Below are positions 61,546-64,000 of a DNA stretch of 64,000 nucleotides, piece by piece (position 1 is the stretch's first letter; each line of letters opens with the position of its first letter). A program made the position numbers and the translations under genes. Source of the stretch: Phyllosticta citribraziliensis (taxonomy: Eukaryota). Location: assembly GCF_038025025.1 (NCBI RefSeq), contig NW_027117348.1, positions 620,001-684,000 on the forward strand, in the 5' to 3' direction. The notes beneath the pieces are model-generated. The model saw only the letters and a list, made by a program, of their open reading frames with translations. It was not told where the DNA came from and did no database searches.

Positions 61546-64000
61546 ATGGTATGTCCACCCAACTGCAGCTTTTCCAGCCAACTCACGTCCACAATTAGGC
61601 CTCAATGGAAGAGTTCGAAGACCGGGCCATGGCACTCCTTGTCAAAATCACCACTGTGGACGAGAACGACCACCAGTTACAGCCAATTCTCTACCACGAA
61701 CTTGAACACGTCCGCTGGGAACAGTTCCTCTTGAGCAAAGACGTGGAATATCTGGACGAGGCAATTGCAGCCGTACGGGAAGCGCTGAGAACTGCTCCTT
61801 CTGGCAGTCTACGACGACGAGGATATTCTGCCTGTCTCGCTGGCAAGGTATGCTTCAAGGACTCTCTCGTTGCCATCGCAAGCGAGGAGTCGTCCAAAGG
61901 GGCTTCTATTACTTCTACAACCACCCGTCAGCGACAGACGCAAATTGAAGAGTCAGATGAGCTCTTCCGACGAGTCTCAAAGCCCCGAGTCGTCCGAATT
62001 TCGGCTTGCCCCCCCAAACGACGTCCTATATTCCAAATTGCTGTAGCTCAGTGGCTGTTCCAGCGAAGTATAGAGAGTGGATGTGAACGCATCTTGGACA
62101 AGGCAGCCAGCCTGGCCAGAACCACACTGGAGTCGGCTTCCGGAGAAGAAACCCGCGAATCCCTGGGAATCGTCTACCAGCGAATCCTGACATACAAATA
62201 CTTTCGTTACGGCCCAATGGGCCTATATGACGCAATCACGCTGGGCTACAAACACGCAGAGGCAGTGGCTTGTTACGGTCCGAAATTCGTTGCGGCTCTC
62301 TTCTACGACGGATTGGAAAATGTTAGGCACCTGCAAGAACGGATCACGGTCGTAAAAATACTCGACCGAGGCAATTTGCATCAAAACAAATATACGGCGA
62401 GCGGAGGTCTCGCTATTCTCGACCTCGCAATCAAATCGTACGAGACGATTCCAGATGATGTGTCAGAGGCAAGGCTGTTAGGTTTGAAATGTCAAAGCCT
62501 CGCCATCTGCTACTCACTGCGACATCAAGCCAATGCATGCCGAGGAGATCTCGAGAAGGCGCTAACTATGGGAGCAATGGCCAGAAAGTTGATTCCAAAC
62601 AACGACCCCGAACAGAGTAGGACTCTGTACACTCTCGGGAAATCGCGCGCAATGCTGCACTTTTGTACCAGCAAGGTTGAGCATGTAGACGAAGCAATCA
62701 TACTTTTCGAGGAGGCCGTGAAATTTGAGAAGGCAGATCCTGTTAAGCGAGCATTCTATGCAGGTGGTCTTGCTGGCGCCCTCCGTCTACGATACACTCT
62801 ACTCGATGACACTAAAGACTTGGAGGCTGCGGGAAAATGGGTGATGGAGGCCATGGGTCCGAGTGAAGGCGAATCCGACAATATGTCGATACTTCTGATG
62901 GTGCATGGAACCATTCTGTTCGACCGTCACCGCAAAACCGGCGATATTGACGACCTAAACCTTGCGATACAAAAGATTTCCAGAGCAAAGGAGCTATTTC
63001 CTGAAGGGCACTTTTTGTTTGCTCAGGCTTGTTTAAACTTTGGTTGGCCATACATGTGGAAGTTCCGAAGAACAGGACACGCCGACGACCTCGAAAAAGC
63101 TGTCGAATCGTTTCGACAGGCAGAGAAATCTTCACAGGGAAAAACTGCTCCTGATCCTGAAACATCGTTCGCATTTTCAAAGGGGCTTTTCATACAGTAC
63201 CAGACAACCAAAGACAGTGAGACTCTCGAAGAAAGCATCTCAATTCTACAGGAGGCGATATCGTCGATACCGACAGACTATACTTGGACACCAATTCTGA
63301 TGACCGAGCTTGGACATCGATTTTTCTATCGCTACAAGTCTATGTCTAACCCGTCTGACCTCGATGTAGCAGTTTCATATGCCGAGGGGGGGCTGAAAAT
63401 ATTTGGCAAAACACATTACCATTGGGGGCTCACTGCTCAACTCCTCTCCACCATGCTCTTTCAAAGAGCGGCAATTCTTTCAAGCCACAATGAAGCAGCG
63501 AAGTCCCAGCAGTTAGTACTGGAAATTGCAAAGAACACGGCTGTCCCACCCTGGCTCAGAGTACAAGCTGTAAGCACAGCAATCCACGGGTTTCGGAATT
63601 CAAACAAGCAGTTCCTACAGAGGCACGACGAGCTTGCCCGGCTTGCCCTCGATCTCCTCCCATACGCTTGCAGCCGCGAGCTGAGCCGCGAAGACCAGCA
63701 AGAAGCGGTGAAGCTCATCGAATTCTTTGCTGCCGACAGCTGTTCCTTGGCAATCCGACTCGGAAACTTCCCAGAAGCTCTCCACAGAGTCGAGTACGGC
63801 CGCGGATTGGTCTTGGGTCACTTGATCGACAGGCAAGACGACCTCGCGGACTTGAAGGAGACACACCCAGACCTGGCTCAACGCTACGAGAGACTTCGCC
63901 ACGAATCTACCAGCGAGCTTGAGGCCGAGAAGCTGAGCAAAGAATGGGAATTTCTGATGAAAGACAAGAGAAAGGCTCAAGCGAAGTTGCGGCAGTGCGA
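61546..64000 (+). CDS. TPR-repeat protein of the TPR-CHAT type, 3'-truncated by the window; ATG-only first exon, intron 61549-61598, open frame 61599 to window end
   Basis: Manual translation shows ~800 codons with no stop; repeats such as RKTGDIDDLNLAIQKISRAKELFPEGH and RRTGHADDLEKAVESFRQA; linker ALDLLPYACSRELSREDQ..AADSCSLAI..EALHRVEYGRGLVLGHLIDRQDDLADLKETHPDLAQRYERLR, typical of the region just before CHAT domains. Confidence 0.85.

Overview
Gene-dense, intron-containing genomic DNA from a filamentous ascomycete (inferred from short GT-AG introns with CTRAC branch points and Pezizomycotina-type proteins; possibly a Dothideomycete). Most of the window is conserved housekeeping genes: RPL36 (3' end), a TUG/UBX protein, PNO1, MDM31, ARC40, a U2B''/U1A-type RRM protein, CHK2, CYP51, PEX10, PAN1, MRI1, a laccase, RRS1, RSM23/DAP3, an MFS-like transporter, a DnaJ protein, an RPD3-like HDAC and IES1. 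Two accessory elements stand out. (1) At 3.6-9.5 kb is a tandem array of six co-oriented, intronless, highly diverged paralogues of an unrecognised ~105-aa helical protein, preceded by a probable seventh, longer member with a mitochondrial-presequence-like N-terminus and a Ser/Thr/Pro repeat tail. (2) At 59-64 kb an intronless bacterial-style caspase/metacaspase gene lies head-to-head with a TPR-repeat gene of the TPR-CHAT type that runs off the window and is missing from the ORF track; this is a candidate paired-protease defence or cell-death module. Other items: a tRNA-like gene with a non-canonical anticodon arm, a GC-AG intron in PNO1, micro-exons in the DnaJ gene, and SRE-like motifs upstream of CYP51. 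All calls come from manual translation and motif recognition; no searches were run.
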